DNA from: Patescibacteria group bacterium UBA6017
GTDB taxonomy: Bacteria; Patescibacteriota; Saccharimonadia; UBA4664
Assembly (NCBI GenBank): GCA_002429485.1
Contig: DIZX01000015.1
Span: 187,073 to 251,072 of the forward strand
Length of the DNA: 64,000 bases
Direction of reading: 5' to 3'
Shown: positions 20,095 to 29,796 of the stretch, in pieces
Numbering within the stretch: position 1 is the stretch's first letter
How the letters are laid out: each line of letters starts with the position of its first letter
Translations under genes and position numbers: made by a program
The notes under the pieces: model-generated
Told to the model about the DNA's origin: nothing
The model's input: only the letters and a program-made list of their open reading frames with translations
The model's database searches: none

Positions 20095-20664
20095 ATGAGC
20101 AAGACAACCATCGCTATCTCCGGCATTGCCGGTTCATTCTCCGAAGAAGCCGCCCGCAAGTTTTTTCATGATGCAGCCATCGACGGCGAGATCATCTACG
20201 CCGTTACCGCCAAAGACACCTTCGAAGCCGTCGCCTCTGGTCGCACCAATTACGGCCTCATTCCGCTCGAAAACTCCAATGGCGGCATCGTACTCGAAAC
20301 CGTCCATGCTGCTGGCGACTACCTATATCACATCGAGAAAATTTTCGAAATCGACGTACACCAAAACCTTATCGTTATGCCGGGCACCAAGCGCGGCGAC
20401 ATCAAGAAGATCGTCTCGCATCAGCAAGCTCTGGCCCAATGTAAATTCTATCTGCGCCGCGAGTGGCCCAGCATCGACCACCTGGAGTACGCCGACACGG
20501 CCCTAGCCGCCAAAGACCTCGCCGAGGGCAAACTCGACCCCGACACCGCCGTCATCGCCTCGGTCGCAGCCGCCCAGATCTACCACCTCACCCTGCTCGA
20601 GCCATCAATTCAAGATCTCAAATTCAACTACACCTCGTTCATGGCCATCACCAAACATGTATAA
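20095..20664 (+). CDS. pheA: prephenate dehydratase, catalytic domain only (no ACT domain)
   Basis: GSFSEEAA, PLENSNGG, SHQQALAQC, DTALAA, NYTSF (TRF-equivalent); true start at MSKTT, not the 19552 ORF start. Confidence 0.85.
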   Translation: MSKTTIAISGIAGSFSEEAARKFFHDAAIDGEIIYAVTAKDTFEAVASGRTNYGLIPLENSNGGIVLETVHAAGDYLYHIEKIFEIDVHQNLIVMPGTKRGDIKKIVSHQQALAQCKFYLRREWPSIDHLEYADTALAAKDLAEGKLDPDTAVIASVAAAQIYHLTLLEPSIQDLKFNYTSFMAITKHV

Positions 20665-21457
20665 CCACAATCTGTTGATGTGCCGACCCGATTTTTTTCG
20701 GATCGCCTACCAGATCAACCCGTACATGGACATCTCGTTTCAACCGGACCCCGCCAAACTGGTTCCCGAATATGCCGCAATTACGTCCTCGCACGAGGCC
20801 GCTGGCCGCACCCTAAGCTTCATCGAGCCCGATCCTGCCTGGCCCGACATGGTTTATACCGCCAACGTCGCACTAGTACGCGGCAAACGAGCCGTGATGG
20901 CCAACCTGCCCAAAGAACGCGCCGGCGAGGTTAAGTTGGCCGGTGCTTGGCTGCGGGCTCATGGCTACGAGACCTTTGACTGCCCCGTAATGTTCAGCGG
21001 CCAAGGTGACGCCCTGCCGACCGGTACGGGAGCGGTGATCAAGGGCCGCGGCTGGCGCAGCCACCCCGACTCGGACCAATTCGTGGCCGACACGCTTGGC
21101 TATGAGGTTATTCCGGTCCAAAGCGTGAGCGCTGAATGGTACGACATCGATCTGTCGATTGGTATCATCAAGCCCGGCGTGATCGCAGTTTGCTTAGAAA
21201 CACTGGATCAAGCCAGCCAGGAACGCTTGTCCTCACGCTCCGATCTACGGATAATTCCCGTTAGCCTAAAAGAGGCCAGAAAAGCCGCCCTGAACCTGAT
21301 TTCAAACGGCACCACGGTAATGATCACGACGGGCGTACCAGATATGGCCGCAGCCTTGCGAGCCGAGGGCCTGATTGTAGTTGAGCTCTCAATTGAACAG
21401 TTATGGAAGGGTGGCGGCAGTATCCGCTGCAGCGCTCTGGCTCTCGACGCGAACTAA
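20657..21457 (+). CDS. amidinotransferase/dimethylarginine dimethylaminohydrolase superfamily protein
   Basis: LMCRPDFF..YQINPYM, PDMVYTAN, ERAGE, KGGGSIRCS. Confidence 0.8.
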   Translation: MYNHNLLMCRPDFFRIAYQINPYMDISFQPDPAKLVPEYAAITSSHEAAGRTLSFIEPDPAWPDMVYTANVALVRGKRAVMANLPKERAGEVKLAGAWLRAHGYETFDCPVMFSGQGDALPTGTGAVIKGRGWRSHPDSDQFVADTLGYEVIPVQSVSAEWYDIDLSIGIIKPGVIAVCLETLDQASQERLSSRSDLRIIPVSLKEARKAALNLISNGTTVMITTGVPDMAAALRAEGLIVVELSIEQLWKGGGSIRCSALALDAN

Positions 21458-22189
21458 ATCCGCCTCAATCTTGTCCAGATTCTGCGTAAATAGCTCCCGC
21501 ACCTGCGCCGCATACGGATTAAAATGCTGAATTGTCTCAAATAATTCCGGCGAATCACCCTGGACGATCCGCTTCACATCCAGCAGATGCTGATACGTCT
21601 TCGTTTTCAACGGAGTATCGGGAATATCAATTTCACCCAGCGCCTTACCCAGAAAAAAAGTTAATGCCTGCACGTATGCCATCTCCTGATCGTGCTCCTT
21701 CGGCGATATCACGCTCACTTCCAGTTCCAGCGTACCGGTCAAGAACTTCTGAATCCGATCCATCCGCGCGTCCCCTACCCGTACCGGCCACACCACCATC
21801 GGCAGCCCTTTGATCCCGCCGGACCCGCTTTGCGGGCCAAATAACGGATGCGTTGCCAAGATTTCGCACTCAGCAGGCAAAATCCGCTCCATCAGCTCCA
21901 CCGGAACCGTCTTCACACTCGATACGTCCACCACCAACGCTCCGGAGCGCAAATGCGGCACCATCCGTTCCAGCACCACCTCCAGGTTCTGTACCGGCAC
22001 ACTCGGCACCACGACCGGCTGAGACGCCGCTTCAGAAAAAGCTACCAACCTCGCGCCAGCCGCCTCCACCTCGTGCGGATTTGCCGTCCGACTGCTCACC
22101 ACCACTTCCGTGTACGGCGACAATTGCTCCGCCATAAACCGACCAAACACCCCAAATCCAATAATCCCGACTGGCCCAATACTAGCCAT
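21401..22189 (-). CDS. tyrA: prephenate/arogenate dehydrogenase
   Basis: GIIGFGVFG, DVSSVK, THPLFGP, EHDQEMAYVQALT; overlaps the convergent gene by 57 nt. Confidence 0.88.
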   Translation of the reverse strand: MASIGPVGIIGFGVFGRFMAEQLSPYTEVVVSSRTANPHEVEAAGARLVAFSEAASQPVVVPSVPVQNLEVVLERMVPHLRSGALVVDVSSVKTVPVELMERILPAECEILATHPLFGPQSGSGGIKGLPMVVWPVRVGDARMDRIQKFLTGTLELEVSVISPKEHDQEMAYVQALTFFLGKALGEIDIPDTPLKTKTYQHLLDVKRIVQGDSPELFETIQHFNPYAAQVRELFTQNLDKIEADLVRVESQSAAADTAATLP

Positions 22190-23519
22190 GAGTTACCTGC
22201 CCGGCCGCCATCTTCATCCGTTCCCGTATCGCGGCCCGCGCACTGCCGTTCTCGTCCCACTCGTGCTCGCCATCAGCCCGCTCAATCGTCTTCTCGTGTC
22301 CTTTTCCCAGCAGCAGCACCGTGTCCCCAGCGTTGGCTTTGCCAATCGCGAACCGAATCGCCTCGGTGCGGTCATGCACCAAAAACAAATTATTATCCAC
22401 CTGCTTACCCGCACCAATCGCCCCACCCGCAATCTGCTGCATAATCATCTCACCATCGATATCCCGATCGTCTTCTTCCGTCACCACCACAATATCGGCC
22501 CACTTGCCGGCACTCGCACCCTGCTTGCCTCGCTTAGCCTCATCCCGCCGTCCGGCCGACCCAAACATCACAATCAACCTACCCTTGGCCATCGCGCGCA
22601 TTCCGCTCAATATTTTCTCAAAGCTGTCCGGCGTATGCGCAAAATCCACGATCACAGCAAAATCCTGACCCTCGTCGATCGCGTTCATCCGACCCTCAAC
22701 CGACTTCAACGCTCCCAGTCCCACCGCAATCTGATCACTATTCAAATCCAGCGCTCGCCCCACGCCCACGGCCGCCAGTGCATTAGATACATTAAAAATT
22801 CCCGGCAAATGAATCTGCACCGGATACTTCTCACCGCCCTCCACGTTCACCTCGAAATTACTGCCCGATCCAGCCCCTATTACCGTACTGGCCGTAATAT
22901 CGCCGTGTTCAAGGCTGTAAGTCAGAAAATTAGGCCCCATCACCTGCGCAAAAAACTCCGCACTCGGATCATCCGCATTAATAATCCCCCGAATCTGCAC
23001 CGTCCCAGCCGTATTCGCTACCGCGTGCTCAAACAGTAGACGCTTAGCTGCCCGATAATTCTCGAATGTACCGTGATAGTCCAGATGCTCATGCGTCACG
23101 TTCGTCATCACCGCCAGGCTATAGGGAATCCCCCACACTCGGTTCTGCGCCAGCGCGTGGCTTGTCGTCTCGAGCACCAGCCATTCAATCCCCTCAGCCC
23201 GCAGCTCCTTGATCCGCGCCAGCATCGCCCGCGTCGGCATCGTCGTCATATGCACGTGATTGTCGCGCCAGTGCTCCGGTGTCCCGTAGCCAATCGTGGT
23301 CATCAACCCAGTCTTAATACCGGCGTGATTCAACATGGTATAAATCATCGTCGAAGTCGTCGTCTTGCCATCAGTCCCGGTTACGCCGATCACCTTCATC
23401 CCCTTGGCCGGAAAGCCCATCACTACCTGCCACAATACCGACTCAGCCAAGTGCCCGTACGGCTCAATAGCCTTAAATAAACTCTTAGGGATCAACGATT
23501 TTACTAACTTACGAAACAT
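22182..23519 (-). CDS. murE: UDP-N-acetylmuramyl-tripeptide synthetase
   Basis: GVTGTDGKTTT, ETTSHAL, TNVTHEHLDYHGT, DFAHTPD, LLGKGHE. Confidence 0.93.
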   Translation of the reverse strand: MFRKLVKSLIPKSLFKAIEPYGHLAESVLWQVVMGFPAKGMKVIGVTGTDGKTTTSTMIYTMLNHAGIKTGLMTTIGYGTPEHWRDNHVHMTTMPTRAMLARIKELRAEGIEWLVLETTSHALAQNRVWGIPYSLAVMTNVTHEHLDYHGTFENYRAAKRLLFEHAVANTAGTVQIRGIINADDPSAEFFAQVMGPNFLTYSLEHGDITASTVIGAGSGSNFEVNVEGGEKYPVQIHLPGIFNVSNALAAVGVGRALDLNSDQIAVGLGALKSVEGRMNAIDEGQDFAVIVDFAHTPDSFEKILSGMRAMAKGRLIVMFGSAGRRDEAKRGKQGASAGKWADIVVVTEEDDRDIDGEMIMQQIAGGAIGAGKQVDNNLFLVHDRTEAIRFAIGKANAGDTVLLLGKGHEKTIERADGEHEWDENGSARAAIRERMKMAAGQVTHG

Positions 23520-23556
23520 AATTGCACCAACTTAATGCTTACGAGTATGCCACAAA

Positions 23557-24597
23557 CTAATACAAAAACTTTTCCGGCCTTCGGTTTGCCAGCCTCGCCG
23601 CCACACGTTCACCGGCCTTACGCCACAATTTGTACTTCAGTTCATTTAGCGGCAAATCCCATGCCCCCGCAAACTCAGTAATCTCAGGGTTAAACTTGCT
23701 CTTAAACGAGTACAATCCGTCCCGCGAATCGCCCGTGCCCACATCGGCACGGTTCGGCGTGCCCACCAAATCATATTTCGTAACACCATGCGCCATCAGC
23801 CAGCGCATCACCTCCCATTGAATCAGATATGAAGCGTTCAATTCGCGCTTCTTATCGAACGACCCGCCATCCTTGTACCAAGCTCGTTTTCCAATATACG
23901 TCGCAAACAGCCCCGCCAATACCTCACCCTCATGCCTCGCCAAAAATAATTGCGCCTGCCCAGCCACTATCTGCGACCGCCAATAGTCCAAAAAGTACGC
24001 CCGCGGCCGCAGCCCGTAATGCGCTCGCGCCTCGGTGGCCTTCATCAGTTCAAACATCACCTCGAGATTCTCGTCCGTAGACTCAGCCGCCTCCACGCTC
24101 ACCCCGCCAGCCTCGCTTTTGCGAATATTGCGCCGGGCGCTTTGATTAAACGACGCCAGCACCGTCTCCTCGCCGCCGCTCAAATCCACGAAAATCGTCG
24201 ATTTCGAACCGGGATCACGGTTCGCGCGCACCAACCCCAGTCCTATCAACTTGGCCCTATCAACCTCGTCCTCTAGGACTTCAGCCTCAAATCGTGCAAA
24301 AATCCCGGTCAAGTTGGCCGCTTTGGTCTGCCGTACAATCTCTTCCAGATCCTTCGGCGAACTCACCCCCGGCCCCTTCGGGCAATACCACATCTCTCCC
24401 TGGCCGCTTGCCTTGCGTACAAGCCACTGCACAGCCACCAACCCCGAAGCCGTCTGATACACGTATCGCACCGGCTGCCAGCCCCAACGGGCCTTAAAAT
24501 CGCCCCAGGCCAATGTCTGCAATGCGTTCCCGCCATCCGGATTAGCCACAATCAGCTCATCCCAACGGGTCAATTCTTCTTCAGTAGCCAGTCTCAT
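23557..24597 (-). CDS. FemAB/FemX-family peptidoglycan bridge peptidyltransferase
   Basis: LQ..AWGDFK..WGW, YCPKGP, RRNIRKSE, YDLVG, GLYSFKSKF. Confidence 0.88.
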   Translation of the reverse strand: MRLATEEELTRWDELIVANPDGGNALQTLAWGDFKARWGWQPVRYVYQTASGLVAVQWLVRKASGQGEMWYCPKGPGVSSPKDLEEIVRQTKAANLTGIFARFEAEVLEDEVDRAKLIGLGLVRANRDPGSKSTIFVDLSGGEETVLASFNQSARRNIRKSEAGGVSVEAAESTDENLEVMFELMKATEARAHYGLRPRAYFLDYWRSQIVAGQAQLFLARHEGEVLAGLFATYIGKRAWYKDGGSFDKKRELNASYLIQWEVMRWLMAHGVTKYDLVGTPNRADVGTGDSRDGLYSFKSKFNPEITEFAGAWDLPLNELKYKLWRKAGERVAARLANRRPEKFLY

Positions 24598-24725
24598 GCC
24601 TGTAATTGTATGCCGAAAGACTTTTTTGAGCTAACGCTTATCATTGACGACTCGGCAATACTCACCCAGAATTATACAAATCCAGCCCCCGTGCTGGCGC
24701 TCCCCATGCCCAGAATTGAGAAATC

Positions 24726-25013
24726 ATGCCAAAGATTGAGATCGTCTACGCACGAATCGATATCGCCCGCGGCACCATCCTCCGGCTGCTCGATAACACG
24801 GTCCCGCCCGGCTGGTTCGCCGAATCTACCTTTGCCGCGCCATGGAATAGGCTCCCTCTGAACACCGAGCTTCGAGTCGGCACAGTACGCACAGGCAGAG
24901 AGGGTTTTGAGGACGATGCTGTTCTCGGCACCACCAAAGATCCTCTGGAAAACTTCGTACTGCCGTTGGAGTTCATCACCGCCGGACGCTTCCGACTCGT
25001 GTCAAACAGCTGA
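24726..25013 (+). CDS. hypothetical protein (95 aa)
   Basis: ATG ORF filling an intergenic gap, TTGACG...CAGAAT upstream and a hairpin at 25048-25071 downstream; no family recognised. Confidence 0.55.
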   Translation: MPKIEIVYARIDIARGTILRLLDNTVPPGWFAESTFAAPWNRLPLNTELRVGTVRTGREGFEDDAVLGTTKDPLENFVLPLEFITAGRFRLVSNS

Positions 25014-25308
25014 CCCAGTGGCCCTTCGACCCATCCGCCTCCGCGACACCCCGCACCTACTTGTGCGGGGTCCCTCCGGGGGTTTAAGTTTGCTCAACTC
25101 CGCAAGCGCAAAACCAACTTTTGAGTACGCACATTCGAGAACCTTTCTAGAGTTTAGAAACAACCATTACATTTGAGCGTGAATCATTAACAAAATTCTA
25201 AACCTTAGAACACTACTCAAAAAGTTACATCAACTTTTCGCAAACGGGGAACATCCCCTTAAAAGTAAAAAATTTAACCACCCCACAAAATTACGCTAAA
25301 CTAATCCC

Positions 25309-26106
25309 ATGAAGATCTACTCCTGGAACGTCAACGGCATCCGCGCAGTCATTCGCAAGGACGCCCTCAAACCATTCGTCCAATCCGAGCAACCCGACAT
25401 CCTTTGCCTCCAAGAAACTAAAGCCCAACCCGAAGAAATCGACCCAGGCCTGCCCGAATACCACGCCTACGTCAACTCGGCCGAGAAAAAGGGCTATTCC
25501 GGCACGGCTATTCTGTCCAAAACCGAGCCCATCACCACCAGCCACGGCCTGCCCGAAGACATTAAGCTGGGGTACGACATGACCGACAACGCCTACGGCG
25601 ACCCCAACACCGAGGGCCGCGTGCTCACAGCCGAATACGAGCAATTCTATCTCGTCACCGTCTACACCCCCAACGCCAAAGAAGACCTCAGCCGCATCCC
25701 CTTGCGCCGCGACCACTGGGACCCGGCCTTCCTCGAGTACTGCCAACTCCTCGAACTCACCAAGCCCGTCATTTTCTGCGGCGATCTCAACGTTGCCCAC
25801 ACCGAGCTTGATCTCGCCAATCCCAAGCCCAACCAAGGCAAAAAAGGCTTTACCCTCGAAGAGCGCGCCGGCTTCCAGCATTTCCTCGATGCCGGTTTCG
25901 TCGATACTTTCCGCATATTCACTCAGGGCAACGGCTTCTACACCTGGTGGAGCAACTTCGGCGGCGCCAGATCCCGCAACGTCGGTTGGCGCATCGACTA
26001 CTTCCTAGTCTCAGCCTCACTCAAGGATAAAATCACCGCCGCCGAGATCCACCCCGCCGTCATGGGCTCCGACCACTGCCCGGTAAGCATTACTCTCGAC
26101 ATATAA
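25309..26106 (+). CDS. xth: exodeoxyribonuclease III / AP endonuclease
   Basis: SWNVNGIRA, LCLQETK, GYSG, EGR, GDLNVAH, GWRIDYF, SDHCP. Confidence 0.95.
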   Translation: MKIYSWNVNGIRAVIRKDALKPFVQSEQPDILCLQETKAQPEEIDPGLPEYHAYVNSAEKKGYSGTAILSKTEPITTSHGLPEDIKLGYDMTDNAYGDPNTEGRVLTAEYEQFYLVTVYTPNAKEDLSRIPLRRDHWDPAFLEYCQLLELTKPVIFCGDLNVAHTELDLANPKPNQGKKGFTLEERAGFQHFLDAGFVDTFRIFTQGNGFYTWWSNFGGARSRNVGWRIDYFLVSASLKDKITAAEIHPAVMGSDHCPVSITLDI

Positions 26107-26252
26107 ACCTCCACTTGAATCATTTCGCCGCAATATGGAATGTTGCAAAATATAGCATTACATGTTAGTCTATTTTTTATATTTGTCCCAAAACCCCATC
26201 AAGACAAGCACCTCAAAACCAGTCCACCCAACCAGTAGAAAGTGAGGCCGGC

Positions 26253-27017
26253 ATGACATTGCAAGAGCTACTTAAAGTCGCTTACGAGTCTGCCCAACAC
26301 AAGCTTCAAGCAGCCAGTGATGATAAAGACCGCGCAGTCATCGGGAAAAGCATGGAATTCAACATGCTGATTTCAACCAACCGCGCCAAGCTCGATCTTC
26401 TGGACGAGATCGAGCGCTGGCTGCGCGAACAACGGCTGATCGGCCGGAAGCCCCTCTGGTCCCGCGGTTCCTACGAACCTCACACCATGCTCTTTGAGCT
26501 GAGAAAGCCAAAAACCTACTCAAAGAGCCGGCTAACGAAAGACAGCCCTTGGGCGAAAGACCCTGATGTCAGTCTGGGCTTCAACGCAATCGGCACTTGG
26601 ATTCTTGAGCAATGTGATGCCGAACATCGGCATTGCTATAGTGGACTACTGTCCACCCTGGAAAGCCAGGAACTGCTCGCCGAGATACCGATCGAGATCA
26701 TTGTCACGGGTTTGGCCACCTACGCCGCCGAGCACAACCTCGGCGAACCGAACATCGACTTCGATCACATCACAGGAGGAAGTATGCCCGATTCCGGAAA
26801 CGAGAGTAGCTCGCCGATGGCACCCGCCGTCGAACGTGCCCCTGTCATCCCGGTTGTTGCCGTCGGCGCCGACCCCCAAGACTCGACCCGTGTTTCGGCA
26901 ACCTTCGAGATCATGGTATCAATCACCGCCAAAGATTCGGCAACCATCGATGGCCATCTTGCCGAGCTCAAGGCTATCGCCAAAGGCCTCGGATGGACTA
27001 TCCGGCCAACCAACTGA
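26253..27017 (+). CDS. hypothetical protein
   Basis: GAGG SD, 254-aa ORF, no family recognised. Confidence 0.65.
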   Translation: MTLQELLKVAYESAQHKLQAASDDKDRAVIGKSMEFNMLISTNRAKLDLLDEIERWLREQRLIGRKPLWSRGSYEPHTMLFELRKPKTYSKSRLTKDSPWAKDPDVSLGFNAIGTWILEQCDAEHRHCYSGLLSTLESQELLAEIPIEIIVTGLATYAAEHNLGEPNIDFDHITGGSMPDSGNESSSPMAPAVERAPVIPVVAVGADPQDSTRVSATFEIMVSITAKDSATIDGHLAELKAIAKGLGWTIRPTN

Positions 27018-27188
27018 CACCCGCCATCCCGGCACCCCGGCCCGGCTCCGCAACACCAGCGCAGAGCCGGGCCATCGTCATATCAAGAGGTACTAACTTC
27101 AATCCTAAGCTCGAGTTCTTTATATTGACAAGTACAGTCTTATGTCGTATAAAGAAATACCAGTCGTACCTTAAACCTAGGAGTAATA

Positions 27189-27762
27189 ATGTCAGACAGT
27201 GGCAGCTCGGCCGTCGGAACTTTTGTTGTCATGGGCGTCGCCTACTTGTTCGCTGAAGCACTCGCAACCATGTTGGTGATATCATTCATCGGCGCAGTCG
27301 TAGCAATCGCAGTTCTCGGCGTAGTTATAGTGGTCGCGATCGGCTCCTTCATTGGCAGTCTCGGCATGGCCATCGAAGAGCGCAACATACCATGGGTTCT
27401 TGACCATTTCCTAGCGCCCTTGGCCGGCGCGCTCGTAGCAACCATATTCTTTGGTCCGATACTACACTGGAGTACTGATCTCCTCGCCTCCATCAACGAG
27501 ATGGAGCATTCGAGCTTGATCGGAATCTTTGTGGGCCTGGCTTTGGGTATACTTGGCCTTGTGATCATCTTTGGAGCGCCGTGCATTGCCGTTCTGGCTT
27601 TGTACTCAGACTATGCAGTAGTGCGGCTACTCTCCTATGCGGGATTCATCGTTACGGGTGCGTACTGGGGGGATGATGGCCATCATGCTTTTCAGGTACC
27701 ACGGCTTGCCACCGATCGGCCTAGTTGTACCAGAATGCAACTGCATTCCGACCCCAAGCTAA
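27189..27762 (+). pseudogene. multi-TM membrane protein, apparently frameshifted at a G6 run (27667-27672)
   Basis: AGGAG SD; about 5 TM helices. Removing one G gives ...GAYWGMMAIMLFRYHGLPPIGLVVPECNCIPTPS* (stop 27760-27762); the given frame reads through a hairpin into the neighbouring gene. Confidence 0.6.
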
Positions 27763-27898
27763 GGTTCGTTCTACAACCCCAGTCATCCAGACACCCGCGC
27801 GTACCGTCGGTACATGCTCCCCTAGGTAAGACTGACGTACGACCGACCAACCGACCCGCACCTCTTCCGAGGGGTGCGGGTCCTTACTTTTTAAGCTC

Positions 27899-28876
27899 CT
27901 ACCTACCCCGCAGTCCCCGGCCAACCCGCTTGGCCACCGGCCACAAACTTTCCCAGAGCTGATATCCCAACCGGTTCAAGGGAAAATCATACGTCCCGAT
28001 GTAATCGGTTTCATCCGGCCCGAAGCCGTCCTTAAACCGACTCACGCCTTCATTCAACCTTCCGTTGAAGTCATAAATTTCGTAACCCGCGGCCTTCATG
28101 GCTCGCATGGCCTCCCATTTCAAGATGTAGTTCGCCTTCATCTCCGCCCCCACCGCATTGACGCCGCCGTACAGCTCATACGCCGTCCTGCCCGCCGCCG
28201 CCAGCCACAAGAATGCTACCGGTTTACCCTCAAAATACGCGTAATACAGATAATTGCTGTCACCCAGTTCACGCTCCAGTGTCTCGTAGTATTCCTGGCT
28301 GTGAATGCCAAATCCGGCCCTCTTCGCCGTGTCGACGTACAGCTCATACATTGCCGCCGTCTCGCCCTTGCCCGCCCGAACCACGCTCACTCCGTCGCGC
28401 TCTGCCTTGCGAATGTACTGACGATGCTTGCGGCTCATCGGCTCCTGAATTTCCTCTTCGGTCTCGGTCAGATCAATCGTGTACGTGGCCGCCAGCTGCA
28501 AGCGGTTCTTAGAATGCACCCAACCACCAGGGGCGTGGCTCGTCCAAGCTGGCTCAATCCGCACATACAACCCGTTGTTTGCCCGCGCCCAGCGCGTGAG
28601 AGCATCCAGCAACTGCGCCGCCAACTCGCTCCCCGGCTCCACCACCGGCCCGCGCGGCGCATACACAATCCAGTACGACAGCCGCGGCAGCCGCCACAGC
28701 AGCACCTGCACCCCGGCTGCAATCTGGTCGCCGTCCATTAAAGCTAATCGGGTCGGAATCCACTCATTCCGGCTCTTGGTGTCGCCCCAGCCCCACAATT
28801 GCAAAGGGTGCCCCCAGGGGCTCTCCGACACAAACTTGTCCCACGCGGCTTTATCGGTAATTTCGACAAGTTCCAT
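27899..28876 (-). CDS. second FemAB/FemX-family peptidyltransferase
   Basis: GHPLQLWGWG..K, YAPRGP, RQYIRKAE, ELYGG, YDFNG, FKDGF; start at MELVEI. Confidence 0.88.
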   Translation of the reverse strand: MELVEITDKAAWDKFVSESPWGHPLQLWGWGDTKSRNEWIPTRLALMDGDQIAAGVQVLLWRLPRLSYWIVYAPRGPVVEPGSELAAQLLDALTRWARANNGLYVRIEPAWTSHAPGGWVHSKNRLQLAATYTIDLTETEEEIQEPMSRKHRQYIRKAERDGVSVVRAGKGETAAMYELYVDTAKRAGFGIHSQEYYETLERELGDSNYLYYAYFEGKPVAFLWLAAAGRTAYELYGGVNAVGAEMKANYILKWEAMRAMKAAGYEIYDFNGRLNEGVSRFKDGFGPDETDYIGTYDFPLNRLGYQLWESLWPVAKRVGRGLRGR

Positions 28877-29055
28877 ACGGGCATTGTATCTCAACTCCGT
28901 GCAAATGCGACCTTTTCGAGCGTGGTTGCACCAGCTGGACAATAAATCCACTAGACAAGCAAAATATTAGGTATATACCTATATCAGAGCAATTACAAAA
29001 AACGCTAGCACAATCCACTGTTTTATCTGGAGCTCGAGGGGAGCTGTCGTCAATA

Positions 29056-29418
29056 ATGTCCATTGAACCGCAAGCCGTAATGTGTACCGAACTGGAGCAG
29101 GTCGAGGAGCTCCCTCTTGGTCACGATGCAGTCATCGCTGGCTCCCCTCTCGATAGGTGGCTCAGGCGAACCTACACCGATAAAGGCAACGAGTGGCCGC
29201 CCATCATCTGGGTTGTCGACATCACTCGGCTCACCGAGACCGAGCTCACAACCCGATTCAAGAAAATCGGCTGGGACAAAAAGTTCGTCCTCGTTCCACT
29301 GACGAACCCCCACCTGAGAGACTACGCCCTGAACCTAGTCATGAGAGACCACCTCATGACTGTCCGTCGCCGTGGCGCACGTGTTGGCAAAGAGGCTCCT
29401 GTAGCCTCGGGCAGCTAA
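29056..29418 (+). CDS. hypothetical protein
   Basis: GAGGGGAG SD, 120-aa ORF. Confidence 0.6.
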   Translation: MSIEPQAVMCTELEQVEELPLGHDAVIAGSPLDRWLRRTYTDKGNEWPPIIWVVDITRLTETELTTRFKKIGWDKKFVLVPLTNPHLRDYALNLVMRDHLMTVRRRGARVGKEAPVASGS

Positions 29419-29796
29419 CAACGCTCAACTCCAGCCCAATCCGTTGTTTCCTCTAGTTACAAAGGAGCAAGTCATAGACGAGCAAGACATCAGTCTGGAA
29501 CCGAACGCCGAACTGATGGCAGCAAATATGACCTGTTGGCCAAGCACCGGCTGCAAATGCGACATTTGTTGCCACAAGGGCACGCTTGAGATAAAAACGG
29601 TCCCCTCGAAGTAGATCGGACCCAACCCAACAACCCTCGCCTAGGGGCGGCCACAGATTCGAATAATGAATCGCCGGCCGCCCCACCGAGAGTCGGAATA
29701 CATCACTCTAACCGAGTCCACAAGACTCGAGCTTTACACCCTACGTGAAGCCCGAGTCTTTCGCATTTCTAGGCCAACTGAGGTAGAATCAACCAC

